64,000 bases of DNA from Acetobacter sp. (GCA_012517935.1 JAAYUA010000178.1:9897-73896), one strand, 5' to 3'. Counted from the stretch's first letter, positions 17,546-29,689 are shown. Numbers and translations are program-made. The notes: generated by a model from the letters alone, not told the origin.

Positions 17546-20080
17546 ATGACTGATGAAATCAAAAAACCCGCTCCCCGTCGTCGCCGCACAAAGGCTGAAA
17601 TCGAAGCTGCGAAAATTGCTGCAGCATCGAAAGAAGATGCCGCGCAGACTGCCGCTGACGAGAGTTCTGTACCCGCATTGGTCGAGGAAGCAGGTCCACA
17701 GCGTGTGGCCGTTTTGCCTTTGCGGAATATTGTTGTTTTCCCGCACATGATTGTGCCGCTGTTCGTCGGACGTGAAAAATCTGTGCGGGCGCTGGAATCC
17801 GTCACGCGGGATGACAGAAGCATTCTGCTGGTTGCCCAGAAGGATGAGGCGCTGGATGATCCCGGTGCTGATGATATTTATCGCTTCGGGACAGTTTCGA
17901 CGATCCTTCAGCTTCTGAAGCTGCCGGATGGAACAGTTAAGGTTCTGGTTGAAGGCAGCCGCCGTGCGCGCGTGAAAGAATTTCACGATGTGGATGGCCA
18001 CTTCGAGGCCGATATTGAACTGCTTGAAGAGGAAGGTGCTCACGGACCCGAGGTTGAAGCCTTGGGGCGCGCCGTGGTTTCCCAGTTCGAGCAGTATATC
18101 AAGCTGAACAAGAAGATTGCTGCTGAAGTGATGGTTTCGCTGAACCAGATCAGCGATCTGTCCAAGCTTGCGGATACTATTGCCGGTCATCTTGGCCTCA
18201 AAATCTCCGAAAAGCAGGAAATCCTTGAGGCGGCTTCGGTGGCAAAGCAGCTTGAGAAGATTTCTGCCCATATGGAGGCAGAGATCGGTGTTCTGCAGGT
18301 CGAGAAGAAAATCCGTAACCGCGTGAAGCGGCAAATGGAAAAGACCCAGCGTGAGTACTATCTGAATGAGCAATTGAAGGCCATTCAGAAGGAGTTGGGC
18401 GACGGTGAAGATGGCAAGGACGAAACTGCTGAGATAGAGGAGCGGATCGCCAAAACGCGTCTCAGCAAGGAAGCCAAGGAAAAGGCGCTGGGCGAGCTTA
18501 AGAAGCTGCGCAGCATGAGCCCGATGTCGGCCGAGTCGACGGTGGTGCGGAACTATCTTGACTGGCTGCTGGGCGTGCCCTGGAAAAAACGCTCCAAAGT
18601 GCGCAATGATCTGGTGGAGGCTGAAGCCACGCTTGATGAGAATCATTACGCACTTGAGAAAGTGAAAGAGCGCATTCTCGAATATCTTGCGGTTCAGACA
18701 CGCTCGCAAAAGCTCAAAGGGCCGATTCTCTGCCTTGTTGGACCGCCGGGTGTCGGCAAGACAACTCTTGCCCGCTCCATCGCGAAGGCAACGGGACGTC
18801 AATATGTCCGGATGTCCTTAGGTGGCGTGCGTGACGAATCTGAGATCAGGGGGCATCGCCGGACATATATTGGCTCCATGCCGGGCAAGATCGTTCAGGG
18901 CATGAAGAAGGCGAAGGTGTCGAATCCGCTCTTCCTGTTGGATGAGATCGACAAACTTGGCTCTGACTGGCGCGGTGATCCGTCTTCGGCTCTGCTTGAA
19001 GTACTTGATCCTGAGCAGAACGCGACCTTTGCAGATCATTATCTGGAGGTTGATTACGACCTGTCCGATGTCATGTTCGTGACAACGGCAAACAGTCTCA
19101 ACATGCCTCAGCCTTTGCTGGATCGCATGGAGATCATCCGCCTCTCTGGATACACGGAAGAGGAAAAGATGGAGATTGCCCGTCATCATCTGATCGGAAA
19201 GCAGGGAGAGGCGCATAACCTCCGTCCTGAAGAATGGTCGATCAGTGACGATGCTCTTCTGGATCTCGTCCGTTTCTATACGCGGGAGGCTGGCGTTCGC
19301 AGTCTTGAGCGCGAATTGGCGAAGATTGCCCGCAAGGTCGTTAAGGAGATTGTGACCGGCAGCAGCAAGCGCGTTGATGTTACGGCGGAAAATCTTGGGA
19401 AATATGCCGGGATCAAGCGTTTCTCGCATGGCGAGACAGAAACGGAAGATATGGTCGGTGTTGTCACCGGTCTGGCCTGGACAGAGGTTGGTGGCGAGAT
19501 CCTGACGATCGAAAGCGTGGTTGTTCCCGGCAAGGGGCAGGTCAAGCAGACCGGCAAGCTTGGCGATGTCATGCAGGAAAGTGTTTCAGCCGCTCTGTCT
19601 TATGTGCGTAGCCGTTCTGCCAGCTTCGGGATCCGTCCGACCGTGTTCGACAAGCGGGACATCCATCTGCATGTGCCGGAAGGCGCGACGCCGAAGGATG
19701 GACCATCGGCAGGTATTGCGATGGCGACGTCGTTGGTCAGTGTTCTGACAGGTATACCGGTAAGGCATGATGTGGCGATGACGGGGGAGATCACTCTGCG
19801 TGGCCGTGTCCTGGCGATTGGCGGGTTGAAGGAGAAACTTCTGGCCGCCCTGCGTGCAGGTATCCGTCTGGCGTTCATTCCGAAAGAGAACGAAAAGGAT
19901 ATCGCAGATCTTCCTGATACGGTGAAGAAAGGAATTGAAATCGTTCCGGTTTCTCACGTTGATGAAGTGATCGCGCGTGCGCTGGTCACTCCGCCTCAGC
20001 CTATCGAATGGGATGAGGCGGTTGAGGAGTCTCTGGCTGCAAATGCGGCCCGGATTGCGCCTCCCGCAGTCACGCACTGA
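17546..20080 (+). CDS. lon: Endopeptidase La (Lon protease) with an approximately 50-aa basic N-terminal extension
   Basis: 'VLPLRNIVVFPHM' LON N-domain, Walker A 'GPPGVGKTT', catalytic 'PKDGPSAGIAM'. ATG 17546 preferred over 17525. Confidence 0.95.
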   Translation: MTDEIKKPAPRRRRTKAEIEAAKIAAASKEDAAQTAADESSVPALVEEAGPQRVAVLPLRNIVVFPHMIVPLFVGREKSVRALESVTRDDRSILLVAQKDEALDDPGADDIYRFGTVSTILQLLKLPDGTVKVLVEGSRRARVKEFHDVDGHFEADIELLEEEGAHGPEVEALGRAVVSQFEQYIKLNKKIAAEVMVSLNQISDLSKLADTIAGHLGLKISEKQEILEAASVAKQLEKISAHMEAEIGVLQVEKKIRNRVKRQMEKTQREYYLNEQLKAIQKELGDGEDGKDETAEIEERIAKTRLSKEAKEKALGELKKLRSMSPMSAESTVVRNYLDWLLGVPWKKRSKVRNDLVEAEATLDENHYALEKVKERILEYLAVQTRSQKLKGPILCLVGPPGVGKTTLARSIAKATGRQYVRMSLGGVRDESEIRGHRRTYIGSMPGKIVQGMKKAKVSNPLFLLDEIDKLGSDWRGDPSSALLEVLDPEQNATFADHYLEVDYDLSDVMFVTTANSLNMPQPLLDRMEIIRLSGYTEEEKMEIARHHLIGKQGEAHNLRPEEWSISDDALLDLVRFYTREAGVRSLERELAKIARKVVKEIVTGSSKRVDVTAENLGKYAGIKRFSHGETETEDMVGVVTGLAWTEVGGEILTIESVVVPGKGQVKQTGKLGDVMQESVSAALSYVRSRSASFGIRPTVFDKRDIHLHVPEGATPKDGPSAGIAMATSLVSVLTGIPVRHDVAMTGEITLRGRVLAIGGLKEKLLAALRAGIRLAFIPKENEKDIADLPDTVKKGIEIVPVSHVDEVIARALVTPPQPIEWDEAVEESLAANAARIAPPAVTH

Positions 20081-20225
20081 AACTGCTGATATCCGTTTTG
20101 ACGGTCGAAGGTGACAGTGGGGGCGCCTGTGGTGGTTGACGTAACAAAAAACGGCTTCATAGTGCGCCCCGTAATGCCCGGCGGAAGCGAGTGCGACCGC
20201 GGGGAATAACAAAGAAAGGCGTACT

Positions 20226-20513
20226 ATGGAAAAGCCGCTGAACAAGCAGGAACTCGTCTCCGTTGTGGCTGAGGAATCTGACCTGCCGAAAGCCAAGGCT
20301 GGTGAGGTTGTTGATGCCGTTTTTGGTGCGATTGAGAAGGCTCTGAAAAACGGACAGGAAGTGCGGCTGGTTGGCTTCGGTACGTTTGTGACAGCTCATC
20401 GCAAGGCGACCAAGGGCCGTAACCCGCGCACGGGTGAGGAAATCGACATTCCGGCTTCCACATCTGTTCGCTTCAAGCCTGGCAAGTCTCTGAAGGATGC
20501 TGTTAGCAGCTGA
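20226..20513 (+). CDS. hupB: HU-family DNA-binding protein
   Basis: 95 aa; 'GFGTF...RKATKGRNPRTGEEIDIPAS..VRFKPGK'. Confidence 0.93.
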   Translation: MEKPLNKQELVSVVAEESDLPKAKAGEVVDAVFGAIEKALKNGQEVRLVGFGTFVTAHRKATKGRNPRTGEEIDIPASTSVRFKPGKSLKDAVSS

Positions 20514-20531
20514 CAGGCTGAATGACAGTGT

Positions 20532-20566
20532 GCGGGGAGGGTTTTCTCTCCCCGCATGTTGTTTTG
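20532..20566 (+). terminator. Rho-independent terminator after hupB
   Basis: Stem GCGGGGAGGG/CTCTCCCCGC (one G-U) with a TTTT loop, followed by ATGTTGTTTTGT. Confidence 0.75.
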
Positions 20567-20637
20567 TCAGGAAAAAATTCTGATAAATCAGAAAAAAGAG
20601 CTTGCCTTCAGGCTCCAACTGGTTCATTAGCCGCGGC

Positions 20638-20712
20638 GGGCGATTAGCTCAGCGGTAGAGCGTCTCGTTTACACCGAGATGGCCGGCGGTTCGATCCCGT
20701 CATCGCCCACCA
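20638..20712 (+). tRNA. tRNA-Val (anticodon UAC), 75 nt with encoded CCA
   Basis: Hand-folded. Acceptor GGGCGAT/ATCGCCC; D-arm TAGCTCAGCGGTAGAGC; anticodon stem TCTCG/CGAGA with loop TT-TAC-AC; T-loop GGTTCGATCC. Confidence 0.9.
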
Positions 20713-21029
20713 TATTCTTCTTCCCCCTCCGAAAATTTTTATAACGCAGATATTTGTCGCGAGATGATGATCCGTGACCTATGATATTGTGTATTCAGTG
20801 TGTTGTGCAGAATGCATGCACTGAGTTGAATTCGCATATCTATCTGATATTAAAGAAAAATAATGTGACGATCATGTCCTGTTCACAGGAAAGTGCCCGA
20901 CACTGAGTGCCTGTGGGGGTGGTGTCCTGACCATCTGAGGCATAGGGTCGGACCCGGTTGTAAGTCTGTGATCTGTCAGCAAGACTCCATAGTGAAGGAG
21001 TCGTAAGACGACGGGTGTAAGGGAAGCCA

Positions 21030-21395
21030 ATGCAGTCTGTTCTGAACGATTATCTTCCCGTTCTGATTTTCGGGATTATTTCAATTGGAATTGCGGCCGC
21101 GATGCTGGGGGCTTCCCTGATCTGCGGGCATCAGAAGCCTTACGCCGAGAAGCTGACGGCCTATGAATGCGGTTTTGAAGCGTTTGACGATGCGCGCCGA
21201 CGTTTTGATGTCCGCTTTTATCTGGTTTCAATTCTTTTCATCATTTTTGATCTGGAAGTGGCTTTCCTCTTCCCGTGGGCAATCAGCCTTTCCCGGATCG
21301 GCCTGTTTGGCTTTTTTTCAATGATGGCTTTCCTCGGTGTCCTTGGAATCGGTTTTATTTACGAGTGGCGCAAGGGAGCGCTGGACTGGGACTGA
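21030..21395 (+). CDS. nuoA: NADH-quinone oxidoreductase subunit A
   Basis: 121 aa, 3 TM; '[31 protein letters not shown]'. Confidence 0.93.
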   Translation: MQSVLNDYLPVLIFGIISIGIAAAMLGASLICGHQKPYAEKLTAYECGFEAFDDARRRFDVRFYLVSILFIIFDLEVAFLFPWAISLSRIGLFGFFSMMAFLGVLGIGFIYEWRKGALDWD

Positions 21396-21475
21396 CCTTG
21401 CGTCGGAATGTATGGCCACTTCCCGGGTGTTCCTGAAGTGGGTTGCGTGGTGATTGACAAGACTGAGAGCATTGC

Positions 21476-22060
21476 ATGAGTGAAACATCTTCCTCTGGTA
21501 TGGGTCAGCCCCCGGTCGATGCAATTGCCTGGAACCGTGAGGCTTTGCCTCCCGGGGCCGAGCAGGATGCCTTTGTTCGCGGTGTGACGGGTGAAATCGC
21601 GGAAAAAGGCTTCGTGGTTGCCAATCTCGACAAGCTGGTCAACTGGGGACGGACAGGCAGCCTGTGGCCCATGTCTTTCGGTCTTGCCTGCTGCGCCGTG
21701 GAAATGATTCACGCCTATATGCCGCGTTACGATCTGGATCGTATGGGCATCATTCCTCGTGGTTCGCCACGTCAGTCAGACGTCATGATTGTCGCCGGCA
21801 CACTCACCAACAAGATGGCTCCCGCGCTGCGTCGTGTTTATGACCAGATGGCGGAACCGCGTTGGGTGATCTCCATGGGATCGTGTGCCAATGGTGGCGG
21901 TTATTATCATTATTCCTATTCCGTGGTGCGCGGCTGCGATCGCGTGGTTCCGGTTGACGTATATGTTCCGGGATGTCCGCCAACGGCTGAAGCGCTGATT
22001 TACGGGATCATGCTTCTCCAGAAGAAAATCCGCCGGACAGGGACGATTCTGCGTGGCTGA
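21476..22060 (+). CDS. nuoB: NADH-quinone oxidoreductase subunit B
   Basis: N2-cluster ligands 'GLACCAVEM', '[11 protein letters not shown]', 'VPGCPP'. Confidence 0.95.
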   Translation: MSETSSSGMGQPPVDAIAWNREALPPGAEQDAFVRGVTGEIAEKGFVVANLDKLVNWGRTGSLWPMSFGLACCAVEMIHAYMPRYDLDRMGIIPRGSPRQSDVMIVAGTLTNKMAPALRRVYDQMAEPRWVISMGSCANGGGYYHYSYSVVRGCDRVVPVDVYVPGCPPTAEALIYGIMLLQKKIRRTGTILRG

Positions 22061-22742
22061 TACTCTGACTTCATCACCGGATGCGGTGGCGCTTGCTGCT
22101 GTCAAACGGAAAGCCCGGGTGCAGGGAGGGTTGGGTGTGCTGGCCTTCAGGCTATCCACTTCGTTCCCCGGAATTGATTCGGCGGCCATAGAGGGTGGCG
22201 AACTGGTTGTTCGCACGCATCGTGACCGTCTTTATGCGTTGATGCAGGTTCTGCGTGATGATCCGCATTTTCGTTTCGAGCAGATGATGGATCTGTGCGG
22301 TGTGGATTTTCCGTCCCGCGCAGAGCGTTTTGAGGTCGTTTATAATCTGCTGTCCGTCACGCATAATCGGCGCATCCGCGTGATTGTCACGACAGATGAG
22401 AGCACTCCGGTTCCATCCGTGCATACGATCTGGCCCAGCGCCACGTGGTGGGAGCGCGAGTGTTACGATCTGTTCGGTGTGCTTTTCTCCGGGCAACCAG
22501 ATTTGCGCAGAATTCTTACCGATTACGGGTTTGAAGGACATCCTTTGCGGAAGGATTTCCCCCTGACCGGATATACGGAAGTTCGTTATGATGCTGAGCG
22601 TCGCCAGATCGTTCATGAGCCTGTGACGCTGCGTCAGGACTTCCGCGATTTCGATTTCGTTTCTCCGTGGGAAGGCATTCTGACGTTGCCGGGAGACGAA
22701 AAAGCTCATGAGGTTCGTCAGATCATGAAGCCGCTGAAATGA
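22053..22742 (+). CDS. nuoC: NADH-quinone oxidoreductase subunit C (separate from D, the alphaproteobacterial/mitochondrial-type layout)
   Basis: '[42 protein letters not shown]'. 8-nt overlap with nuoB. Confidence 0.92.
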   Translation: MADTLTSSPDAVALAAVKRKARVQGGLGVLAFRLSTSFPGIDSAAIEGGELVVRTHRDRLYALMQVLRDDPHFRFEQMMDLCGVDFPSRAERFEVVYNLLSVTHNRRIRVIVTTDESTPVPSVHTIWPSATWWERECYDLFGVLFSGQPDLRRILTDYGFEGHPLRKDFPLTGYTEVRYDAERRQIVHEPVTLRQDFRDFDFVSPWEGILTLPGDEKAHEVRQIMKPLK

Positions 22743-24055
22743 TGGATAAGCCACTGACAGGCAGGGTGACGATGGCTGAGGCTGCACCGGAAAGCGAGAT
22801 CATTCCTGGCATGAGCGTGCTCGACACGGATGTGCCGGAGAGTCTCTTACCTGAAGAAGCCGCAGACGCGCATGAGCGTCGTGTTGTGGAAATCGACAGT
22901 CACGCGCTGAATTTTGGTCCTCAGCATCCTTCTGCTCATGGCGTTCTGCGTCTTGTGCTGGAAATGGAAGGCGAGGTCGTCGCGCGTGCCGTGCCGCATA
23001 TCGGTCTTTTGCACCGAGGCACGGAAAAGCTGATTGAATACAAGACGTATCAGAAGGCTTTGCCGTATTTTGATCGCTTGGATTACGTGTCTCCGATGTG
23101 TGAGGAGCACGCTTTCGCATTGGCGACAGAGAAGCTTCTGGGCATCGAAGCGCCGGAACGCGCCAAGTGGATACGCGTTATCTTCGCAGAAATTACGCGT
23201 ATTCTGAATCATATCCTGAATCTGACCGCCATGGGTCTGGATTGTGGTGCGGTGACGCCCGCTCTGTGGGGATATGAAGAACGCGAGAAACTGATGGAGT
23301 TTCATGAAGCGGCGTCGGGAGCGCGTTTTCATGCAAACTATTTCCGTCCCGGCGGTGTTGCGCGTGATCTGCCTGCGGGTCTTGAAGAGCGGATCTCGAA
23401 TTGGGCAAAAGAATTTCCGAAATGGATTGATGACCTTGAGTCTCTCCTGACGGAAAACAGAATCTGGAAACAGCGTACTGTCGGTATCGGTGTTTTCACG
23501 ACGGAACAGGCGCTGGCCTGGGGTTTTTCCGGCCCGTGCCTGCGTGGTTCTGGCGTGCCGTGGGATCTGCGTCGTTCACAGCCATACGATAATTACGACA
23601 AGGTTTCGTTTGAAATCCCTGTTGCGCGGCATGGTGATTGCTATGATCGTTATCTTGTCCGTGTGGCCGAGATGCGGGAAAGCGTGAAGATTATCGAGCA
23701 GGGGCTGGAGCAGATCCGCCCCGGGCCGATCAAGGTGCAGGACCCGAAATTCAGCCCACCGCCCCGGGCTGAAATGAAAAGGTCGATGGAAGCGCTGATC
23801 CATCATTTCAAGCTGTATACGGAAGGGTATCACGTTCCGCCGGGAGCGACCTATACGGCTGTTGAGACGCCAAAGGGTGAATTTGGTGTCTATCTCGTAG
23901 CGGACGGTAGCAACCGTCCTTATCGTTGCAAGATCCGGCCAACCGGATTTTCTCATTTGCAGGCCATCGACGAGCTGTCGCGTCGCCATATGCTGGCTGA
24001 CGCTGTTTCCATTATCGGCTCGCTTGACCTTGTGTTCGGAGAAGTGGACAGATGA
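22739..24055 (+). CDS. nuoD: NADH-quinone oxidoreductase subunit D
   Basis: '[15 protein letters not shown]' and C-terminal '[13 protein letters not shown]'. The start may be an internal Met (long N-terminus). ATGA overlap with nuoC. Confidence 0.93.
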   Translation: MMDKPLTGRVTMAEAAPESEIIPGMSVLDTDVPESLLPEEAADAHERRVVEIDSHALNFGPQHPSAHGVLRLVLEMEGEVVARAVPHIGLLHRGTEKLIEYKTYQKALPYFDRLDYVSPMCEEHAFALATEKLLGIEAPERAKWIRVIFAEITRILNHILNLTAMGLDCGAVTPALWGYEEREKLMEFHEAASGARFHANYFRPGGVARDLPAGLEERISNWAKEFPKWIDDLESLLTENRIWKQRTVGIGVFTTEQALAWGFSGPCLRGSGVPWDLRRSQPYDNYDKVSFEIPVARHGDCYDRYLVRVAEMRESVKIIEQGLEQIRPGPIKVQDPKFSPPPRAEMKRSMEALIHHFKLYTEGYHVPPGATYTAVETPKGEFGVYLVADGSNRPYRCKIRPTGFSHLQAIDELSRRHMLADAVSIIGSLDLVFGEVDR

Positions 24056-24714
24056 ACCTTCCCGTGCCGGGTAATCCCGATAAAGTTCAGCCAGACAGCT
24101 TCGCATTCGATGCGACGAGTGAAGTGGAGATTGCGAAGGCGCTCGCACGCTATCCGGCAGAACGCAAAGCTTCAGCCGTCATGCCGATGCTTTATATTGT
24201 GCAGGATCAGATGGGCCGCCTGACGGGCAGTGCTTGGATTCCGGTTGTTGCAATGGACGAGATCGCACGCCGTCTCGAGATAGCTCCGATCCGTGTTTAT
24301 GAAGTGGCCTCGTTCTACTTCATGTATAATCGCAATCCGATTGGAACGTATCATCTGCAGGTTTGTACGACGACATCGTGCTGGCTGCGAGGATCGGACG
24401 ACGTTGTTGCAGCGTGCAAGAAGGCAACGGGCATCAGCAATTTTGGTGAAACCAGTGCCGATGGGAAATTCACCCTTACCGAGGTTGAATGTCTGGGCGC
24501 CTGCTCGAATGCGCCAATTCTGCAAGTCGATAACGATTTTTATGAAGATCTGGATGGTCCCCGCACGGAAGCGCTGATTGAAGCCTTGCGGCGTGGCGAG
24601 CGGCCGGAGCCGGGACCGACGATCGATCGTTGTGGTTCGGCACCGGAAGGTGGGCGCCGTACATTGCTGGAAGATGCTGTCGCTGTCGCTGGTATCCCGC
24701 AGGGTCAGGGTTGA
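24052..24714 (+). CDS. nuoE: NADH-quinone oxidoreductase subunit E
   Basis: [2Fe-2S] ligands '[12 protein letters not shown]' and '[10 protein letters not shown]'. Confidence 0.93.
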   Translation: MNLPVPGNPDKVQPDSFAFDATSEVEIAKALARYPAERKASAVMPMLYIVQDQMGRLTGSAWIPVVAMDEIARRLEIAPIRVYEVASFYFMYNRNPIGTYHLQVCTTTSCWLRGSDDVVAACKKATGISNFGETSADGKFTLTEVECLGACSNAPILQVDNDFYEDLDGPRTEALIEALRRGERPEPGPTIDRCGSAPEGGRRTLLEDAVAVAGIPQGQG

Positions 24715-24726
24715 GGAGAGAAGGTC

Positions 24727-26064
24727 ATGTTGAGCGATAAAGACCGTATCTTCACCAATCTTTATGGTCAGAACGACTGGAAGCTGGCGGGAGCCCGCAG
24801 TCGTGGCGACTGGGATAATACCGCCGCCATTCTGGCAAAAGGCCGGGAAGCAATTATTACGGACATGAAGGCTTCAGGCTTGCGTGGTCGTGGTGGTGCC
24901 GGTTTCTCGACGGGTATGAAATGGTCATTCATGCCGAAAGGCGATGGTCCACTTCCTCATTATCTGGTCATCAATGGAGATGAATCGGAGCCCGGAACCT
25001 GCAAGGATCGTGAAATCCTCAGGAATGATCCTCACAAGCTGATAGAAAGTGCGCTGATCGCGGCCTTCGCGATCGGTGCGCATGTTGCGTATATTTATAT
25101 TCGCGGCGAATTTTATAATGAAGCGCGGCATCTGCAATATGCGATCGATGAAGCTTATGCCGCAGGTTTGCTTGGACCGAATGCAGCAGGGACCGGCTGG
25201 GATTTTGATTTCTATATTCATCGCGGGGCAGGAGCCTATATCTGCGGTGAAGAAACGGCCCTGATCGAAAGCATTGAAGGCAAGAAAGGCCAACCACGCA
25301 TGAAGCCGCCGTTTCCGGCGGGAGCGGGCCTGTATGGTTGTCCCTCGACCGTGAACAATGTTGAAAGTATTGCGGTTACATCAACCATTATGCGTCGTGG
25401 TGCGTCATGGTTTGCTGGGCTTGGCCGTCCGAATAATGCTGGCACGAAGCTGATGGCCATCTCCGGCCATGTGAATACGCCGTGTGTTTTTGAGGAAGAA
25501 CTCGGCGTTTCGATGAAAGAAATCATCGAGAAGCATGGCGGTGGCGTGCGTGGGGGCTGGGATAATCTTCTGGCCGTCATTCCCGGCGGTTGCTCGGTTC
25601 CTCTATTGCCGAAATCCATCTGTGAGACAGTCCTGATGGATTACGACAGTCTGCGTGCAGAACGTACCGCACTGGGAACGGCCTGCATGATCGTCATGGA
25701 TAAATCGACGGATATCATCAAAGCGATTGCCCGTTTCTCACAGTTTTTCAAACATGAGAGTTGTGGTCAGTGCACGCCCTGCCGTGAAGGCACGGGCTGG
25801 ATGATGCGTGTCATGAACCGCATGGTCGAGGGACGTGCGGAGATTGAGGAAATTGACATGCTCGAGCAGGTTACTCGACAGGTCGAAGGACACACGATCT
25901 GTGCGCTGGGTGATGCTGCCGCATGGCCGATACAGGGCTTGATCCGTCATTTCCGTCCGGAGATGGAACAGCGCATTCGTGAATATAAGATGCGTCATGG
26001 TGGAACCGGACTGGTGCAGGTGCCGCAAGGCGCTCTGGTTTCTGATTCCATAGCTGCGGAGTGA
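24727..26064 (+). CDS. nuoF: NADH-quinone oxidoreductase subunit F
   Basis: FMN/NADH site '[13 protein letters not shown]', '[15 protein letters not shown]'; N3 cluster '[12 protein letters not shown]'. Confidence 0.96.
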   Translation: MLSDKDRIFTNLYGQNDWKLAGARSRGDWDNTAAILAKGREAIITDMKASGLRGRGGAGFSTGMKWSFMPKGDGPLPHYLVINGDESEPGTCKDREILRNDPHKLIESALIAAFAIGAHVAYIYIRGEFYNEARHLQYAIDEAYAAGLLGPNAAGTGWDFDFYIHRGAGAYICGEETALIESIEGKKGQPRMKPPFPAGAGLYGCPSTVNNVESIAVTSTIMRRGASWFAGLGRPNNAGTKLMAISGHVNTPCVFEEELGVSMKEIIEKHGGGVRGGWDNLLAVIPGGCSVPLLPKSICETVLMDYDSLRAERTALGTACMIVMDKSTDIIKAIARFSQFFKHESCGQCTPCREGTGWMMRVMNRMVEGRAEIEEIDMLEQVTRQVEGHTICALGDAAAWPIQGLIRHFRPEMEQRIREYKMRHGGTGLVQVPQGALVSDSIAAE

Positions 26065-26071
26065 GCGGGCC

Positions 26072-28126
26072 ATGGTGAAGGTATTTATTGACGGCGCGCC
26101 GATTGAGGTTCCAGCAGGTTCCAGTGCCTTGCAGGCCTGTGAAGCTGCGGGAAAGGAAATCCCCCGCTTCTGTTATCATGAGCGCCTGTCGGTCGCCGGT
26201 AACTGTCGTATGTGCCTGGTTGAGGTCGTGAATGCGCCGAAGCCAGTCGCGTCCTGCGGTTTTCCTGTTGGTGAAGGCATGCAGATCCTGACGGATACGG
26301 AGAAAGTGCGTCGTGCACGCCGTGCTGTTATGGAATTTCTGCTGATCAATCATCCACTGGACTGTCCGATCTGCGATCAGGGTGGTGAGTGCGATCTTCA
26401 GGATCAGGCCTATGGCTACGGCAGTGGTGTTTCCCGGTATGAGGAAGAAAAACGCGCTGTCACTGACAAAAATCTCGGGCCTCTCGTCAAAACAGTGATG
26501 ACGCGTTGCATCCAGTGCACGCGCTGCGTTCGTTTCTGCACGGAAATTGCGGGTACGCCGGAGCTTGGCGCTGTGTCTCGGGGTGAAAATCTCGAGATCA
26601 CGACTTATGTCGAGAAAGCCCTGACTTCGGAACTGTCTGGTAACCTCATCGATATCTGTCCGGTTGGAGCTCTGACTTCGAAACCAGGTGCGTTTCAGGC
26701 ACGTCCGTGGGAACTGAAGAAGACAGACGCCATCGACGTCATGGATGCTGTCGGCACGAATATCGTGATGCAGGTCCGTGGGGGAGAGGTTAAACGTATC
26801 GTTCCCCGCGTGAATGACGAGGTGAACGAGGAATGGCTGTCGGATAAAGGTCGTTTTTCGGTTGATGGTCTGAAGCATCGTCGCCTTGATCGTCCGTGGG
26901 TCCGTGTTCACGGAAAACGTCAGGCTGTATCGTGGCAGGACGCTTTTGTGGCTGTTGCCAAACGTCTTGAGGGTGTGGCCGGAGACCGGATAGGTGCAAT
27001 CGCCGGAGATCTCTGTGATGCGGAAAGCATGACGGCGCTTCGCGATCTGATGTCCGCCCTTGGTTCCGAAAATATCGACTGCCGTCAGGATGGTGCGATT
27101 TATGATCTGTCGGATCGTGCGCGCTACACCTTCGCCAGCGGGATTGTCGGTATTGAGGACGCGGATGCCCTGCTGATTGTCGGAGCTGTGCCGCGTCATG
27201 ATGCGCCGGTCCTGAATGCGCGGATCCGCAAGCGGTATCTGGCAGCAGGTCGTGGTGGTTTCCCGATTGGCGTTATTGGTGCTCAACCTTCGGATCCCAC
27301 ATGGGGTTATGAAGCTGTGGGAGATGGTCCTGCTGCGCTGAATGGTTTGCTGGATGGAAGCAATCCATTTGCGGCGGTTCTGAAGGCAGCCAAAAAGCCG
27401 ATGATCATTCTTGGTCATGGTGCCCTGACCCGTAAGGACGCATCGGCCATTCAGTCTTCTGTCTGGAAGCTGGCGGAAGAGGTTGGAGCTGTCGGTCCGG
27501 ACTGGAATGGCTTCAATATTCTGCATACTGCGGCTTCGCGCGTCGCCGGTCTGGATCTTGGCTTCCTGCCAGGAAAAGGTGGGCGGAGTGTTGCCGGTAT
27601 GCTGAAGGGCGGGGTTGAGGTCCTCTGGCTTCTCGGCGCTGATGAGTTCCCTGTCGGAGAGATCGGTCCGGATACCTTCGTGATCTATCAGGGGCATCAT
27701 GGTGATGCGGCTGCGGCGCGGGCTGATGTGATTCTGCCTGGTGCGGCCTATACCGAGAAATCCGGTACCTGGGTGAACACCGAAGGACGTGTGCAGCAGT
27801 CTTTTCAGGCGGTTTTCCCACCAGGGGAAGCCCGTGAAGACTGGCGCATTCTCAGGGCTTTTTCTGATGTTGTCGGATATCGCCTGCCTTACGACACCAT
27901 TGAGAGCCTGCGTGCGCGTATGGCCTCGATTAATCCTGTGTTTGCGGGCGGTGTTGCCCTGGCTGGAACAGGTCAGGCTGCACAAGGCGGAGAGATTGAT
28001 GGCGCGGAACCGTTCCGGGTGCCTGTGCAGTCCTATTATCTGACCAATCCGATCAGCAGGGCTAGTGAGACGATGGCAGAGTGTGCCCGGGTTTATGGCC
28101 CGGTCGCCGCGATAGCAGCGGAGTAA
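26072..28126 (+). CDS. nuoG: NADH-quinone oxidoreductase subunit G
   Basis: '[19 protein letters not shown]', '[18 protein letters not shown]', '[11 protein letters not shown]'. Confidence 0.95.
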   Translation: MVKVFIDGAPIEVPAGSSALQACEAAGKEIPRFCYHERLSVAGNCRMCLVEVVNAPKPVASCGFPVGEGMQILTDTEKVRRARRAVMEFLLINHPLDCPICDQGGECDLQDQAYGYGSGVSRYEEEKRAVTDKNLGPLVKTVMTRCIQCTRCVRFCTEIAGTPELGAVSRGENLEITTYVEKALTSELSGNLIDICPVGALTSKPGAFQARPWELKKTDAIDVMDAVGTNIVMQVRGGEVKRIVPRVNDEVNEEWLSDKGRFSVDGLKHRRLDRPWVRVHGKRQAVSWQDAFVAVAKRLEGVAGDRIGAIAGDLCDAESMTALRDLMSALGSENIDCRQDGAIYDLSDRARYTFASGIVGIEDADALLIVGAVPRHDAPVLNARIRKRYLAAGRGGFPIGVIGAQPSDPTWGYEAVGDGPAALNGLLDGSNPFAAVLKAAKKPMIILGHGALTRKDASAIQSSVWKLAEEVGAVGPDWNGFNILHTAASRVAGLDLGFLPGKGGRSVAGMLKGGVEVLWLLGADEFPVGEIGPDTFVIYQGHHGDAAAARADVILPGAAYTEKSGTWVNTEGRVQQSFQAVFPPGEAREDWRILRAFSDVVGYRLPYDTIESLRARMASINPVFAGGVALAGTGQAAQGGEIDGAEPFRVPVQSYYLTNPISRASETMAECARVYGPVAAIAAE

Positions 28127-28131
28127 CGATC

Positions 28132-29154
28132 GTGGCGCATTTCTTTTTCGAGACGATGGCCGGTCATGTGATCCTGATGGTTCTGGAGACACTGGCGGTT
28201 CTGGTGCCTCTGCTGCTTGCCGTGGCTTATCTGACGCTCATGGAACGTAAGGTCATGGCGTCGATGCAGATGCGGCGTGGTCCGAACGTCAATGGTCTTT
28301 TCGGTGTGCTGCAGGCTTTTGCCGACGCCATCAAGATGATCACCAAAGAGACGATCATCCCGAGTGGGGCCAACAAGTTCCTGTTTCTTTTTGCGCCGTT
28401 TCTGACCTTCTCTCTGGCGATGGTGGCATGGGCCGTCATTCCGACCGGGAATGGTCTGGCGGTTGCCAACATCAATGTCGGCATCCTCTATCTACTCGCG
28501 ATTTCATCGCTGGGTGTTTACGGCATCTTGATTGCCGGATGGGCTTCGAACTCGAAATACGCTTTTCTGGGTGGACTTCGGTCTGCGGCACAGATGGTGT
28601 CCTATGAAGTTTCGATCGGGCTTGTGATTGTTTCCGTACTTCTTGCGGTGGGCAGTCTGAATCTGAATGACATCATTCTGGCGCAGCAGCATGTCTGGTT
28701 CTGCGTGCCGATGTTTCCGATGTTCATTGTGTTTTTCATATCGGCGCTTGCGGAAACCAATCGTGCTCCTTTCGATCTTCCTGAAGGCGAAAGTGAGCTG
28801 GTGGCAGGGTTCTTCGTTGAATATTCGTCCCTGTCCTTCGGGCTTTTCTTCCTTGGTGAATATGCCAACATGATCCTGATGTCGGGCATGGTGAGCATTC
28901 TGTTTCTTGGTGGATGGCTGCCTCCGCTGGGAATTGCGCCGCTCACATGGATCCCTGGTCCATTGTGGCTGATTGCCAAAATTCTTTTCTGTCTTTTTGT
29001 TTTCATCTGGGTTCGTGCGACGTTCCCCCGTTATCGTTACGATCAGCTGATGCGGCTGGGATGGAAGGTGTTTCTGCCTTTCTCGCTGCTGTGGATGATC
29101 GGCACGGCTGGGTTTCTTCTCGCTACAGGCCTCTTGCCGCAGGGAATGAGCTGA
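28132..29154 (+). CDS. nuoH: NADH-quinone oxidoreductase subunit H
   Basis: '[19 protein letters not shown]', '[19 protein letters not shown]'. GTG 28132 with GGAG about 9 nt upstream is preferred over the track start 28081, which overlaps nuoG. Confidence 0.92.
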   Translation: MAHFFFETMAGHVILMVLETLAVLVPLLLAVAYLTLMERKVMASMQMRRGPNVNGLFGVLQAFADAIKMITKETIIPSGANKFLFLFAPFLTFSLAMVAWAVIPTGNGLAVANINVGILYLLAISSLGVYGILIAGWASNSKYAFLGGLRSAAQMVSYEVSIGLVIVSVLLAVGSLNLNDIILAQQHVWFCVPMFPMFIVFFISALAETNRAPFDLPEGESELVAGFFVEYSSLSFGLFFLGEYANMILMSGMVSILFLGGWLPPLGIAPLTWIPGPLWLIAKILFCLFVFIWVRATFPRYRYDQLMRLGWKVFLPFSLLWMIGTAGFLLATGLLPQGMS

Positions 29155-29155
29155 T

Positions 29156-29644
29156 ATGGCGGGACTTGACCAGACACTCCGGGCATTTCTTCTGAAAGAA
29201 ATTGTCTCCGGCATGGCTTCGACCCTGAAAATGATGTTCAAGCCGAAGGTGACGCTCAACTATCCATATGAGAAGGGACCGCTGTCACCGCGTTTCCGTG
29301 GTGAGCATGCGTTGCGCCGCTATCCAAATGGTGAAGAGCGCTGCATCGCCTGCAAGCTTTGTGAAGCGACGTGCCCGGCAGAAGCGATTACGATTGAGTC
29401 CGAACCCCGCGATGATGGTTCGCGCCGCACGACCCGTTATGACATCGACATGACGAAATGCATCTATTGCGGGCTTTGTGAAGAAGCCTGTCCTGTAGAT
29501 GCGATTGTCGAAGGGCCGAATTACGAGTTCGCGGTCGAGACGCGTGAGGAGCTGATGTATGACAAGGAAAAGCTGCTTGCGAACGGCGATCGTTGGGAAA
29601 CAGTTCTTGCGCGGAGGCTTGAGCTCGATGCGCCGTATCGCTGA
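29156..29644 (+). CDS. nuoI: NADH-quinone oxidoreductase subunit I
   Basis: Two 4Fe-4S motifs: '[12 protein letters not shown]' and '[12 protein letters not shown]'. Confidence 0.96.
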   Translation: MAGLDQTLRAFLLKEIVSGMASTLKMMFKPKVTLNYPYEKGPLSPRFRGEHALRRYPNGEERCIACKLCEATCPAEAITIESEPRDDGSRRTTRYDIDMTKCIYCGLCEEACPVDAIVEGPNYEFAVETREELMYDKEKLLANGDRWETVLARRLELDAPYR

Positions 29645-29689
29645 ACGGTCATGCCGTTGTCTTTCTGATCTTCAGGTCGGCGAGGGAGC

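Noticed and set aside
20713-21029. The 317-nt region downstream of tRNA-Val, considered as a possible integration hotspot or remnant of a mobile element.
   Set aside because: There is no integrase or transposase ORF and no direct repeat of the tRNA 3' end (…TCATCGCCCACCA) downstream. The hupB - tRNA-Val - nuoA order matches the layout I recall from other Alphaproteobacteria. It is most simply the nuo promoter/leader region.
25871-28192. A 773-aa minus-strand ORF antisense to nuoG. Similar long antisense ORFs occur at 17534..18802 (422 aa, opposite lon), 14084..15100 (338 aa, opposite tig) and 2699..3694 (331 aa, opposite sufC).
   Set aside because: Each is in the codon-aligned antisense frame of the sense gene: (28190-26072), (18800-17525), (15098-13685) and (3692-2888) are all multiples of 3. 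In that frame a stop arises only where the sense gene uses TTA, CTA or TCA, which these well-expressed genes avoid. The translations are Arg/Ser/Thr-rich and motif-free, while the sense genes carry unmistakable motifs. They are shadow ORFs caused by codon bias.
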